Positions 10,365 to 24,700 of a stretch of 64,000 nucleotides of DNA are shown here, piece by piece (positions within the stretch are counted from its first letter, which is position 1; each line of letters opens with the position of its first letter). A program made the translations under genes and the position numbers. Below the pieces are notes generated by a model. That model saw only the letters and a program-made list of their open reading frames with translations, had not been told where the DNA came from and made no database searches. Origin of the DNA: Vitrella brassicaformis CCMP3155 (Eukaryota > Protista > Chromerida); assembly GCA_001179505.1 (NCBI GenBank), contig CDMY01000938.1, positions 1-64,000 on the forward strand, read 5' to 3'.

Positions 10365-13300
10365 ATGGTGAGTGCCGAGGATGAGGCAAAGCTCAAGGAG
10401 CTCGCCAAGAAAGATCCCGAGCAGGCGAGGAAGCTCAAGAGGGCGCTGGTGAGTGAGCCACACGGCCGACGCGCGCGAGACAGCGGACATGCAGCCAGAA
10501 CATGTGATGCCTTTCGTGTCGGCTGTGCGTGTGTTGGTATGGTCGGTCAGAAAAAGAAGAGGAGCAAGGAGAAGGCGAAGCAGGAGAGCAAGGTGGTCAA
10601 GCAGGAGGAAGAGGAGGACGAGAAACCGGCGGTCAACGGCGCGGTAGAGGAAGCAACTCAGCAGGAGGTCAGTCGGTGTGATGGAGGGAGCATGTGTCGA
10701 CCTGCGTGTTTTACCTTCTCTCTCGGTTGTGTTCAGGAGGTTGATCGCGAGGACGATGTCGAGATCGAATACGTCGCGCAGCGTAGGACACGCAAACAAC
10801 TGACTGACAGCCAAGCGCTGTGGCATGTGTCTGTCTGTGTGGGTGCAGCTTTGGAGGATCCCGAGTTCGAGGAGTTCAAGGAGGTCTTCGAGAAGTTCAA
10901 GATTGTCGAAAAGGACGAAACGGTCAGCAGCAACTGCACATCTTGGGAGACACCCGCACACCATCACTGTGTGTGCCTTGTCGTCTGTCATGTCAGGGTG
11001 GCGATGAGGAGGGCGAGGAGGGCGACCAGTTGGCCGAGGGCAAGTCGAAACTCGCCACGGGCGACGAGGAGGACGAGGATGAAGACGAAGATGTGAGCGC
11101 TGGAGGGGGGATGGTGGATGGGTGGGAGTATCTTGACATGGACGTGTGCGTGTCTGCGTATTATGTAGGCTGAGAACCAGAAGATGTCTAAGAAGCAGCT
11201 CAAGGCGCTGAAGCGACCGTCCGTCTCGGCACTCAAACAAGTACAATGGGCAGACACACCAACCACCAGCGCCACCCAAGCAACCAACACGCGTCTTCTC
11301 CCCTCTGTGTGTGGTCCGTGCGTGTCTGTCAGACCACCCACCGTCCCGAGGTGGTGGAGTTCTGGGACACCACGTCCCCCGATCCCCGGCTGCTGGTCTT
11401 CCTCAAATCGCTTCGCAACACCATCGAGGTGCCGCGCCACTGGAGCCAGAAGCGCAAGTACATGGCCGGCAAGAAGGGCGTCGAGAAAAACCACTACGAG
11501 CTGCCCCAGTGGCTCGAGTTCACTGGCATCGCTAAGATACGAGAGGTGCCCACAGCAGGGACGGACGGGGATCTGTGTGGTTCGTGTGTGTATGTTCACC
11601 TTCTATTGTGTGATATGTTGCAGGCGTTGTTGGAGAAGGAGGCGCAGAAGTCGGCCAAGCAGAAGCAGAGGGAAAAGGCGCGGCCCAAGGCCTCCAACAA
11701 GATCAACATCGACTACCAGGCGCTCCAGACGGCCTTCTTCAAACTCGCCACCAAAGACAAACCCAAAATGACCAGATTCGGAGACCTGTAAGACACACTG
11801 CACAGCACAGCACAGCAAACTGAGACACACACACACGCACACACACGCGAGCACGCACACACACACACGAGATAACATGGTCACCTTTATGGCTGTATCA
11901 GGTACTTCGAGGGCAAGGAGTACGAGGCCAAGATGAAGCACTTCAAGCCCGGAATCCTCACAGACAAGATCAAGGTGAGACCAAACCACCACCCAGTCCC
12001 CCCCCTCATGCATCGACACACCCATCACCTGTCTGTGTGTGTCTTTGGTGGGTACCTGCCATGCAGGCGGCATTGGCCATGCCAGAGGGCGCCCCTCCTC
12101 CCTGGCTGATCAACATGCAGCGTTACGGCCCACCCCCCTCCTACCCCAAGCTCAAGATTCCCGGCCTCAACGCGCCCATCCCGCCTGGCGCCAGCTACGG
12201 ATACCACCCCGGCGGATGGGGCAAACCACCCGTCGACGAGGTCAGTCTCCGCCGGAAGCAAATTTATTTCTTGTCGGAGGTGTATGGAACCTCTGTGTGC
12301 GTGTGATGTGTTCAGTATGGGAATCCGGTCTATGGTGACTACCGCGCAGAGGCGGCCTACCAAGAGGAGGAACAGGCGGCCGGCGCCCTGTGGGGCGAGC
12401 CGGAGCAGCAGGAAATGGAGTTTGAAGAAGGTAGGCAGGCCAAAACACCACACAAGCCACGCCACATCTCTGTCGCCACCGTGTGCGTGTGTTGTCCGCC
12501 CTTCGTCATCAGAGGAGGAAGAAGAGGAAGAGGAGCAGCAGGAGGGCGCGGGCGGCACAGACACTCCGGCCGTAGGCATACTCACTGACACACACACGAA
12601 CAACAGACAGACAAGGGGGCATTCTGGACATATATATTGTGTGTATGTCTGTTTCTGTCAGAGTGCTGCACCTGGCACTGAGACGCCCATGTTGGACCCG
12701 ACGGGCATGGCGAGTGTGGGGGGCATGCGATCCGTCGGCGCGTCATCCGTCACCTCTGGCCTCGAAACACCCGAATCGGTCGATATCAGGAAAAAGTAAG
12801 GATGTGGGGTGGGCGGACCACAAACACTGACGAACACAAGTGCACGTGATGCTGTCGGGCTGGCTGGCTGTGTGTGTTTGATCCTCAGGGGCATTGCGTC
12901 CATGGGTGGCTATGCTTCGTCATCCATAGCGTCGATGGGCCCCAAGCCGTACCAAATCCTCAGAGAGGCCAAGGCACCCGCACAGGTGGGTCAACAGGCC
13001 CCCACTCATCGAGCACACCTGCATCCATCTCAATTGTTTCCTTGCTGTGCAGCCCGGCGCCCTCTTCCAATCCACAGTACGCTACGAGATGCCCACTGGA
13101 CGCCCAGGACAGGTACGACCACGCAGGGGGGCGAGACGCTTCGCATCACTGCACAAACACGCCCTCTTCTACCTGTCTGTGTCAGCCTGGCGGGACGGTC
13201 TCTCCGGGCGGCACATCGACGCCGGCCATTGGGGGCACTGTGACGCCGTTCGGCGCTCCGGGCGGCGCCCAGACTCCCCTGGCCATATCGGGGCCGCCGA

Positions 13301-13758
13301 GGCCAGGGGGCGCTGAGACACCGGGCGCTGGCGGCATGACCATGAGCCTCAATCCCACCGATCTGGGTCAGTGAGAGAGAAGGGAAGGAAAGGTCTCGTC
13401 AATTCGAACGTGGATTGGTCTTCATCGTCTGGCGTATGTGTGTGGTCGCACAGAGCAAGAGGGTGTCTTCGCGGCTGATGTCATCCGGAAGCAGCTCAAG
13501 GAGCAGGAGGAGGCGGCCATGAAGGCCACCAAAGGCGCCGGGCAAATTGACGTCAATGAACGTACGACACTGGCACGATACGTACACACACGGACACTCG
13601 GATAGCATCACACACACACACACACGCGCGCGCATTGCCTTTCTGTCCTTTCAGTCAAGAAGCGCAAGGCGCCTTCGAGCGGCACGGTGAGCGCTGGTGG
13701 CGAGGCAAGTGTGGAAAAGAAGAAGAAGCGCAAGAAGGAAGAAAAGTTCAAGTTTTAA
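10365..13758 (+). CDS. SF3B2: Splicing factor 3B subunit 2 (SAP145/Cus1); multi-exon
   Basis: DUF382 region RPEVVEFWDTTSPDPRLLVFLKSLRNTIEVPRHWSQKRKYMAGKKG. PSP domain PPPWLINMQRYGPPPSYPKLKIPGLNAPIPPGASYGYHPGGWGKPPVDE. Ends KKEEKFKF. Confidence 0.97.
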
Positions 13759-14204
13759 CCGCACAACACACATGCATTCATTCATTCATATGGGGCGTCT
13801 TGCGGAAGTGAGTGGATGCGGTTATTTGTGAGGGACATCAGTGGTCGTGTGGCTTTATGACAGCTGCAAAGGAAATGGCATGTGTGAAGTTTCTTCAGTG
13901 CATCTTTCGCGGCCATTCTGATGAGAAATGGTTGCGGACAGATGTGGTGGAGGACCGTGACACATGCCAGTTCCTTTGCGCTATCGACCCCGCCCTTTGA
14001 CTGACCATCCCATGTCTGCACATTCGAATGCTGATCCGTTCATCTTGGATGGATGGATGGGTGTCGATTGGTGTTGTGGTTCAAGGAGATGAAGAGACTG
14101 CCAAAGCCACAGCCTGCAGAAGCTGCACAAGCGCGACCGACCGCATCTTTCCATCACTCGGCTTAGATCGCGGGCCCCCCTCCGCCCCCAGTCCCGCCGA
14201 AAAA

Positions 14205-17200
14205 ATGGCTCATCTGCCGCCAGAGATAACGACATCTACACTCGAGAACAACAATGCAGAGGATGCCGAGCCATTGTCGACCCTTGCCTCTCCTGCAGCG
14301 CCGCCCGTCGCTATGTTCGGCGAAGGCGGCCAGTTCAAGAACGGTGTCCGGCTCTCTCTCAGGTCACAGCATGCACACATTCTCGCGCTACAATTCCATC
14401 TTCCGGTGACTTTGTCCATCAGGCACGCCATGGGAGTGCTGCCCCACGTGTTCCGCGAGACCATCCTCTTCCACGACGACGAGGTGTTCATCTTTGCCGT
14501 CGGCGCCCACCTCGCCATGTACGACACGGCACGCGCCAGCATGTCCTTCATCAGTGCGCGGGAGTCCTACGGCCGAATCATTACTGCAATGGCGAGAGCG
14601 CCGAATGGCAAGGTGCTTGCAGTGGCGGACAAAGGCTGCGGTTTGAGTGACGAGAAGGGGGTGCAGGTGGTGATGATCCACCTGGCCACAAACCAGGTGT
14701 GGAAGGTGCTGACGGTGCCGCATAGGAAGGTGGACGTGGTCGCCTGCACCTTCACGGGTTGCTCGAGGTACTTCATCTCCCTATCGGGCGCACCGGACTA
14801 CATCCTCATCTACTGGCGGTGGGAGACAGGCAGGCCGCTGGCTATGCAAGTGAGCAACGAAGATGCCTTGTGGTATATCACGGGATGCACGTCTCTCTTC
14901 CTCTGTCAGGAAGTAAAATGCACCACTGACAAGCTGACGGTGAATCCTCGAAGCAATTCTCATCTCGCTATTGGGGGACCGGGCTATCTCCGCATGTGGG
15001 GCTACTCTGCGCATGACAAGGTGCTCAAAGAGACAGAAGCCCTATTGCCCACCAGGCAGGAGCGGGATCTTGTGTTCGTCGACCACGCCTGGCTGTCGGC
15101 CAAACTACTAGTGGCCGCCACCAGAGACGGCCAGCTCTTCCTCTTCGACCGGACAGAGATCCGCCACCACGTGAACATCAAGCAGCAGCTGGCCGAGAGA
15201 CTGCAGCCGACAACCACAGATGACCAGCAGGCGGAAGGGCAGTCCGGCACGGCCCTCCGGAGAAAGAAAACCACCACTAGACTGACAACAAAGGCCACGA
15301 AGTCCGGCAAGACTCAGGAGAATCTCCTGGCTTTCGTCGCGCGCAGACGGATGACTGGCGAGTCCCAACAGGTGGAAGTTGCAGGTGGCACTGGAGGCCT
15401 GGTGGGCCTGGAGCTGGGCGATCTCGAGGAATTGGAGATCATGTGCTGCGCCAAGTGGGGCAAGGGAATAGTAGTCGGTGGCACACGAGGCTACGTAGGT
15501 ATCTACCACCTGGAGGAAGGCGCGACTGAGGCAGCGACGGGAGGCGACGAGGACGACAAGCAAGGCTCGCCTGAGCTCAGGCTGGAGAGTTTGGGGCACT
15601 TCTGCGTGCCCGACGGAGCAAAGAAGGTGGTGCGGCGCTGTGCATGCAGCCCCGATGACGCCATGCTGGTAGGCTGGCGAAAGACATTGGAAGATAACGC
15701 GCCCGTGCTTCTCTTAGGTATTGTTGGTCCAAGGCGAGATCGAAGACATGTCTTCTTCTTTTGGCATGGGCCTCACGGACCTGAAAGCAAGGTACGCCCA
15801 TTCAAAACGCCCACCCGCATACATCATCCTTTCTCGTCCAGTGCCCAGCGCCACGCTTCCGAGACGTCCCCCAGCCGTCGGAGGGTGTCAGGGCTCTCAA
15901 TCCTCCCATCTGGAGTGAGGCAAGGATGGGAGCTGCTGAGCTTCCCACTCAGCCAGGCGGACTTCATGGCCACACGGGAGCATACTGATGAGTCCCTGAG
16001 AGAGATATTCACGCCAGTGTTCCCAGGGGGATTCCACCAGCTGGGGGTGACAGGCATGGAGGCCGCACTGTGGAGGTGCGCACTAATGGGTGGGTGGAAG
16101 GGACGGGTCGTTGCACACAGACGGATGGATATTCACGGTATATGCAGGCGATGCATCTTCACGTCATCTGAGGACTTCACCATCCGCGGCTGGAGCTACC
16201 CTCTTGTCGAGGAGATGGCGCCTCCCGAGTCGCCATCCAACGCCTCGCCGTCACTGGAACATCCCCTAGGAGCCGACATGATGTCAAGGCGGACCGAGAA
16301 GAGTGGCCCAGAGTATGAGTGTACCTTCTGCCACCAATTCACCGAGTACGACAAGCCACTGGCCCTTACTGTGCATCCATTCGGTGGGTGGGAAAAGAAA
16401 ATGGGCAGAGAGGTAGCAGACACATCGATGTGTGTGCGCAGGCCTTCAGGTGGCAGTTTGTTTCGACGACCGCCTCCGGATATACCATCAGAGTGAAGAG
16501 CCGCGCCTGAGGACGGGGATGGACCTCACCATCAAGGCGCCAAATGCTGCCACTTTCTCACACAAAGGGGACCTGATCGCACTGGCATCTCAGACACTCG
16601 TACGTACGCACCTATGGCCTCGCTGTCTCCCAATCGTCAGTCTGCATCCTTTTCTCGTGTCTCAGGTGATTGTGCTTGACGCCATCCGTGGTGTGGTGCT
16701 GCACACGCTCTCGGCCCATGTGGCAGCCGTGCAGCAGATCATCTTCTCCTATGACGACCGCCTCTTCCTCTCCTGTGGTGCCGATGGTGCTGTCTACGGC
16801 TGGCGAGTCGACGGAGGTCATCGCGTGTTCGAACACGTCAGCAAGAACAACATCTACACCTGCATCGCACACGACCTGCAAACGTGAGCAGATGAAAGAC
16901 GTCACAGTCCCATATGCATGCCCCTCCCATGGATGCGGGGCGTGTCTCTCTTAGCGAGTCAGTGGCTGCGGCGACGCGCGAAGGGCACTTGCGCATGATC
17001 ACCCAGGGGGGCCACCAGATAGCCGTCGACACCGAACCCACACGAGGGCAGACCTCCCACGGCCATGCCGCCTCCTCCACCTCCGCAAGGCACAGGGGAT
17101 CGATTGACGCGACGGCGTCGCCATCACGGAAGATATCGCAGCCCGGCAAGACGCCAACTACGACTGCAGGGTAGAGAGACGACACAGATGAATGTACGGA

Positions 17201-19945
17201 TATCGCGCGGTGTGTGATGGCTCACTCAGCGTGGGTTACGCGTGGTCGTCCCTACCAATCTACTACACGCAGCTGCTGCTTGCCCCTCCGCTCGCCGCTT
17301 TGTTTGGCGGCACATCGCACGGCACCATTCGCTCGTTCGTGTGGCCTTTCAAGCCCAACACGCTACCGGACTTCCTTGAGTTCCCGCTGCACGCTGCACC
17401 GGTGACCAAGCTGGCGACCAGCAGTGAATGGACACTACTCTTCTCAGCCTGCGAAGGTGAGCGAGGGAAGCAGAGATCTCCACGGGCTTACATAGGGGTG
17501 CCTGCCCGTGTCTCTGTGTCTTGTCCAGACGGCGCTCTGATCGTGAGTGCCATCGAGGTGGTCAAAGGAGGTCAACTCCAGCCTCTCAGGGCGATCCAGA
17601 CGAAGGAGGACTTTCTCAACTACTGCTTCCGCATCACCAGGGGCAGCCCCGTAGCAGCAGCAGCAGGCGATGAGCAAGGTGAGGGTGACGACATTCGGGC
17701 CGCCCTGGATGCTCGCGAGGACGCCAAGCGCCTGCAGGTGCAGAAGAGGCTGACTAGTGCCTGTCTGATGGGCACGTACTCGCTGTTCCTGGACGAGTTC
17801 CTGCTGGTACCCATCGCGAGCAGAGCCGAACGGTCAGCCTTCCCTCATTGTCCCTGCGATGCACGTGTGCGTATCTGATTTGTTTACTTACACGCAGAAT
17901 AGCAGAGATTCGTGATTTGCGTGAGCGTTTGGAGACGCTCAAGAGCGACACCGAGTTCACGTTTCACCAGAAGGAGCAGGAGATGAACGAGCGGGTCGAC
18001 ATACTCCAACGAGAGAAGGAGGCGATGAGACAGAGTCTGCAGGCACAGTATGACGGTAAGGAACCAAGCAAGCAACGCGTGACGTCCACTCTCACCTTCT
18101 GTCTATCTGTCTGCCCATTCACAGCGATGGTCGAGAAGCTCGCTCTCGCTCACCAGACGCACGAGAGCGACGTGCAGGCAGTCACCACAAATCTTGAGAG
18201 GCGTCTCGAGACTGCCGAGCGTGACGCGCAGAACAAGTTGGAGAGACAGGTGGAGAAAATCCTCGCGCTGCGGGAGAAGCTCGACAGAGAGGGCCAGCAC
18301 CACCACCTGTCACTCCTCAACTGCCGTGATGACCATGACAGGCGACTCAACGAGCTGCAGAAGCACCACGAGGGCGTCATCAAGGAGATACAGAAGGAGT
18401 ATGATAGAGTGTGCAATCTGCTGCGCACTGATGGGGTCAAATTCGAGGAGGCGCTGACGCAGCAGGAGATCGAATACGAGGGAGAGATACAACAGTGGGC
18501 GAGCGGATACACGTGGATATGTGGTTTGCCATGAGTGGATGTGCATGTGTGTGTTGATAGGATGGTGAGTGACAATCGTCGTGCTCTGCAGGACGAGGCG
18601 GAGAAGTCCACTTCGGCCATCAAGGACAACGTCAGCCTCGCACAGACTATGATCTACCAAAAGGGTGAGGTGACCCCCCATCAATCCACCCAGACAAATC
18701 GACCAATACCTTCACCGGTGTGGATACATGCGTTGCATGATTCACACATTTGCGTGTGCAGGGGAGCTGCGTAAGAAGGAGGAGGAGCTTACGGACTGCC
18801 GCCGGAGAAACGAGAATATTCAGGCGCAGCTGGACGAAATGCGGGAGCAGAATCACAAAATGGAATCGCAGCTGAGGGAACGGTAAGCGAGTGAATCAAC
18901 GAACGAGACTCCGACTATCCATCCAGCCTGACGTCGTCTCGTGTCTGTGTCTCGCTCAGTGAAGAGATGCTGCGGCGGAAGGACGAGATTGTGGGCCACT
19001 TGCGCGACACGCAGAAGCACCTGGAAAGCTTCAGATCAGTGCTCTTCCACAAGGTGAAGTCTCTCGAGGACGAGCGAGACCCACTTGAGGAGCAGGTGTA
19101 CCGGCTCGAGGAGAACCTCAGAGATATATACTCTGAGTTCATGGACGAGATCCGGGTCAAGAAGAACCTCGAGAACAACCTCATCGTAGGCTTTGCTTCC
19201 ACGCATCCATGACGCAGACATATCATTTATCGCTCTGTCCGTGTCTTCAACAGGAGAGGAACCAGAAGCTTGGCATTCTCCAGGGTGACAACAATAACCT
19301 CCGCATGAGGCAGCGCGGTCTCCAGTCAGACATCAAGCGCGTCCTCACCGACCTGCACGAGATCGTCAACGACCCACACATGACCGACGGCGCGTCCCTT
19401 GCCCGCAGTCTGCGCGACATCATCCGCAAGCACGAGAGCAGGCTCGCCGCAGAGGACCGGCCGGGTCGGAGGGCCCTGACGAGCGAGCAGGAGAGGCGTG
19501 GGGAGGGCGAGAAGGGATACCTGATGGAGGAGCTGCTGCGGCAGCGGGAGCTGCTGATACGGAAGGCTAGCTCCATCATGCAGAAAAACCAGTACCTGCA
19601 GGACGACCGGAGGAGAGACATGCTCAAGTGGACGGGACAGAATGCTGGTTGGACCATGTACACTCACTCATTGTGCATTCATATTCTGTGTCTGCATCGA
19701 TCTTCTGTCTGCAGAATTGATCGCTGATCTGAATTGTCTGCGCGTCGAGAAACGTTCCTATGAGCGTGCCACCGGTCAGGAAGAGCATCAAAACAGATGA
19801 AACGCACAGCGTCCTTTGTTTACTCCTCTCCTTCAGACGACCTGAAGCACAAGCTGTATCTGTCCTCCTTCAAGATGAAACAAATCATCGCAGACCACCA
19901 GAGGGAAGAACTCCGGAGGCGATCCGCTTCACCAAGAAATGCCGC

Positions 19946-19977
<32 letters not shown>

Positions 19978-21793
19978 CACGGCCGCACTCGCGCTCACCC
20001 TCGCAAGCGCCACCGCCATTGCTTCCTCCTCTCGACGCGACCACCGTTAGCCGCGAGCAACCAGCTGAGGGTGAACGGACACGGGCAGCGGCTGGGGGAG
20101 AGGTCGGCGATGAATTGGGTGACTTTCCGCTAAGTGTCGGAGCCAATGAAGGGCTGGTGGAAAGCGAGTCGGTCTACCGGCAGTGGCACATGAGGAGCGA
20201 GGAGGATGGGAAGGGGACGCCCTATACGAGACGGCAGGCGGCGAAGAAGTAGGTGTTTCTTTCCTACCACAGAAACTTTCCGCTTGAGATCCGTGTTTCT
20301 TTCCCGTCTGTCAGGGTTGACCGCGATCGCCTCCACGACCGCTCCGTCCACCTGCCGTCTCCTTCTCCGTCCCCTCTATCACCTCCCAGCAGACAATTCT
20401 CCGTCAGCAAGACATCACTGCGCGGCCAGCTAGCCACTCCCATGGGACACAGCAAGTCATTGCCGTCTCTCGTCAAGGGCGGCAGGGGACGAGGGGGGGA
20501 AAGGTTGTCGACAAGAGCTGTCCTGTCGCCGATCGAGCGACAGTACCAGGTGAGCGATGCCGGCGGAAGGTTGTCTGCTCACAATGGCCATCAATCACAA
20601 ATGCTTTGTGTCACGATCAGGGGATGGTTGCTCGCTCAGACTACCAGAGCCGTCAGCTCGAGATGCAGGGATATCGTATGAGACACCTCCACGAACAAGT
20701 CAGGAACGCTCTGGATGACCAGCCCTCGTCATCCTTGTCGCGTCATGCCGCCCATCCGCATCCCAACGCGGCGGCAGTGGGCGTGGGGAGTATCACAAGC
20801 GAGACACAAGGCGAGTCAAGTCTGTGGAGCGACGGGATGGGCGAGAGGGCCGCAGGACAACCAAAGGTCAGGTGTCGACTTCACTGGTCTGCGCACACCA
20901 TCTGCCGATCTGTTCGCTCAGGCCGCTCCTCACAAGGCAGCAATCGCCAAGTCTCGCTCTGGAAGTGTCGGGCCCAGAGATCCGCTGCACGGTTCAACTA
21001 CAGCCGTGCTTTCGCATCCTTCCCAGGAGGCGCCATCCAGCCAGCAAGGGCAGGGCAGCAGCAAGGAGGAGGAGACAGTGTACACAGGGGGACCGATCAG
21101 CCCATCAAACATCTTTCCTGCTCTCGGAACGCGTGGGGTGGACGGCTGGTGACTGTGTGACTGATGTCAAAATGCTTGCTTCTCTCTGGTAAGCTATCTG
21201 TAGTGCTGATGGACAGCTCATGCAGCTGGGCGGCGAGAGACATGTGGAGACGCACATTCATGTACAGAGAGAGGATCGGATCGATAGACGTCCGTGTCTT
21301 GTGTGCATGCATCTGAGCGAATCGGCGGGTTAACAAGCAGGCAAATGTGGCAATGGCACATCAAAACGGCGCCAACGTTCACCAAAACACAGGCTTTCAA
21401 TCATCTCACCAACCACACCAATCAGCTCCGTTACCCCGTCCCTCACATCATTGCGTCCGTTCGTCTGGTGGTGGTGGCACCACATCCCTCCCGCCAGAGG
21501 CAGAGACAGGCATCACACGAGACCTCGAAAATGACCTGTCGACTCTCTCACGAACCCACTCGATCGGCCCACCGCCTCCTAGAGCTGAGGACACCATAGG
21601 GCGGTCGTCGTCATGGTCCTCTTCAGGGCCCGGGATAGGAATTGGGGCACCATGCGAACGGAAAGGATTTGAGAGGGTGCCAAAACCGTCCATCTGGCCG
21701 TCAAGGGAAGGGGGCGGGTCGTCCTTCACAGACAGTATCACACAGGGATTGTACAATGCCACAAGGACGGACGAGCAGCGCAGCAGTGGATAG
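14205..21793 (+). CDS. CFAP57: WD40-repeat plus coiled-coil cilia/flagella protein, CFAP57 (WDR65)-like, with long low-complexity tail; multi-exon
   Basis: LSIRHAMGVLPHVFRETILFHDDEVFIFAVGAHLAMY resembles the CFAP57 N-terminus. WD repeats include HTLSAHVAAVQQIIFSYDDRLFLSCGADGAVYGW and EFPLHAAPVTKL. Long coiled coil at 17.9-19.9 kb. The 3' end is uncertain (20252, 21152 or 21793). Confidence 0.75.
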
Positions 21794-24700
21794 ATGTGCT
21801 ACATACCTGTCCCGAGCAGCAAATGCCGCTTGGCATTGGAGAACGCACGGTCGGTTCATTCGTCACGTACTTGCCCGGGACGCCGCCGACCTCCCTGTCC
21901 AGATTGACGGCTCCTGAGAAGGAGACGCTCTTTCTCCTCTCACCGGCGGCCGCCTCGCTGGCGCCATGCGATTGGGCCGGTTCACTCTGCAACCCGGTCG
22001 GCTGGTCGGCGAGCCTGGACTGTCGCCGCTCCTGGTGCCGCAGCATGACCGTCTTCCGTTTCTGCGCCAGCCACTTCCTGTGATGCTGAAAAGACAAAGG
22101 AGGGAGGGAGGGAGGGAGACACGAGTGGGCAATGCGCGAATGAGTGTGCGTGAGGACAGTGTCATACGTGTGTGCGATATGTGTGTATACCTGCTGCAGG
22201 AAGGGGTACATGATTAGGATTTCGTCGATGTCTCGTCTTGACAGTATGATGATCTGGCAGTGGCTGCCGCACACAGCCGTGTAGCGGCGTCCAGGCGCCA
22301 CGCCGTGAGCGGCCCTGTCGCCGGGACGGGGCGACAAGTCCGCACCTTCCTCTGCGGCAGACGAGGGGGGCGACTTGATTGTCTCGAGGGCGTCCTCCCA
22401 CAGCACCGACTCCCCCACATACGAGGGGGCTCTGAAGAAGAGAGAAGCAGACACGGAAATCGGCTTGGGGCTATTGATTGCCTTTTGGATGGTTCTGTGT
22501 GCGTGTATTTGACTGACCTCATCACGACTTCCTCATCTTTGCGGACGTAGTCGACGTCGTCGATCTGCAGGCAGAGACGGTCAAACGATGGGTATACGCA
22601 CATATTACACTTTCCATATGTGGGCTCCGACGGCTCACGTCTTGCCTTGAGTTCCATATCCTCTCCTTGAGCTTCTCAATATACATGCGATGCTGAGAAA
22701 CACACGTCCAGCAAATTATCAAGGTATGAAGCAGCCCCTCCCTCCCTCCCTGCCTCCATCCATGCATCTCTCTGTACGTACCTCCTCGGGCGTCATAGAC
22801 GTGGCGAAATTCCTGAGGGTGGAAGCCTTCTTGCCCATCTTCTCCCTCCGCCTCCTTGTCGTGGCCATCCGCGTGAAGGTCTTGGTGATCTTGCTGCGCT
22901 TGTCGGCCGCCCCCGCGGCGCCCATGGCCTCATCCACGTCTGACCTCCCGATGGATGCCGCCAGATCCTCCATGGCGGAATGGTCTGGGGGAGAGAGGAC
23001 GAAATGAAAATGTCTGTGTGTGTCATAAGGCCTCCTCGCCTGCGTGTGTGCGTGCGTACCTGTGCCGAGCACGAGCCTGCCTAAGGTGAGGAAATATACG
23101 TTGTCGTCGATTTGGCCCCTCTCGAAGAGCACATCGCCTGGGCCCTGCCACATCCACCTGCAGGGAGAAAGGCAGAGCCAGCCAGCCAACCAGACAGACA
23201 GACCGTGATGTCACCCAGTCTAGCATACATCGCATGTGTAATGGTGACAGTCAAGACGCTTTCCCTCACCTGGCTCGCTCGGCGAGTGTCTCGATACAAC
23301 TGGGGTACGCCGCCATCCACTTAAGGAAAGGGGCGGCCTGTCGAGCGACGGCAATGAATGCACCGAGACGCGATCGATTCGTGTCTCACGTATATGTGTG
23401 TATGTGTATCTGTGTGTATGTGTATATGTATGTGTATGTATGTGTATGTGTATGTGTATATAGCTGACCGCCATGTACTTGCCGCAGACGTGCATGGCGA
23501 CCTGACGCCTCAGAGTGAGAGACAGCTGAGGCAGCAAATCCTGCTCCCTGTGGCCACACACACGTATGTCACACATCCATCCCACCCATGTGAGCATTCA
23601 TGTGTGTCGCCTCTGAGTTCGTGTGTGTCTGACCGTAGGGCCAAATCATTATCCTGGTCCCAGACATACTCAAGGTGACGGCGAATGCGGCCTGCAGCAG
23701 ATAGTCGCAAACAACGGCCATGTCTCTTCCGGTGCAGTGCTGTGCCGCCATGTGGATAAGATTATGCCTTTGAGGGTGATGGGGAAATCTCTCCATCGAA
23801 GATAACGGCCAAGATTCGTCATCTGAGCACGATACCTGTGCGCACACACAGACACACAGACACACAGACACACAGACACACAGACACACAGACACACAGG
23901 CACACAGACAGACAGACACACAGACAGACAGACAGAGTGAGATAATGTCCTGTGTGCCCGCTTGTGTGTCTGCTTGCTTGTTATATGGCCGACCACTCAT
24001 TGGCCATGGCGGAGCTGCTGAGGTGCTGTGTGATGGAGCCGAGGGTTGCACCGAAGACCGCCACGGCACTCAGCAGGAAAAGCACCGTAAACACCCTCTC
24101 GGCGTGGGTTATCGGCTGGATGTCGCCTGTACACCGGTGGGCGAGTCAACACGTGTGTGATTCCATTCATTGGCTCTTCTGTGTGAGCGTACCATAGCCG
24201 ACAGTAGTCATGGTGGTGAGTGTGAAGTGCATAGAGAAGACGTACAGGTGCGGGAGGCTGCCCTGCAGGTGCTCCGGCACAAACTCTGTGATCCACGACT
24301 CACCGTACGTCTTGGTCGTCTCGAAACCAAGCCTGCGTGTGGTGTGGGAGACACACTCTCTCTCTCTCTCTCTCTTGTGTGTGTGAGTGTGTGTGTGCGC
24401 GTGTGTGTGAGTGTCTGTGTGTGTAGACACAGATGCGTCCCATGCCCATGCGTACCTGTACCAGATGCAGGCAAAGTAGTGCGACATGAGCAGCAGTATC
24501 AGCACCGCTCGGAAGATCACGATCGACGACGTGAACAGCGCTGCCCCAGAGAACATGTCTTCTAACCTGACATGAATGCGCACAACCATACCCACAGCTC
24601 CATCGCTTTCCTCCCTCTCCGACCGACCTCTGGAAGAATCTTGTCAGCTTTGCGAGGCGCAGGAGCTTGACGGCTCGAATGAACCTGCTGAACTTGAGGA

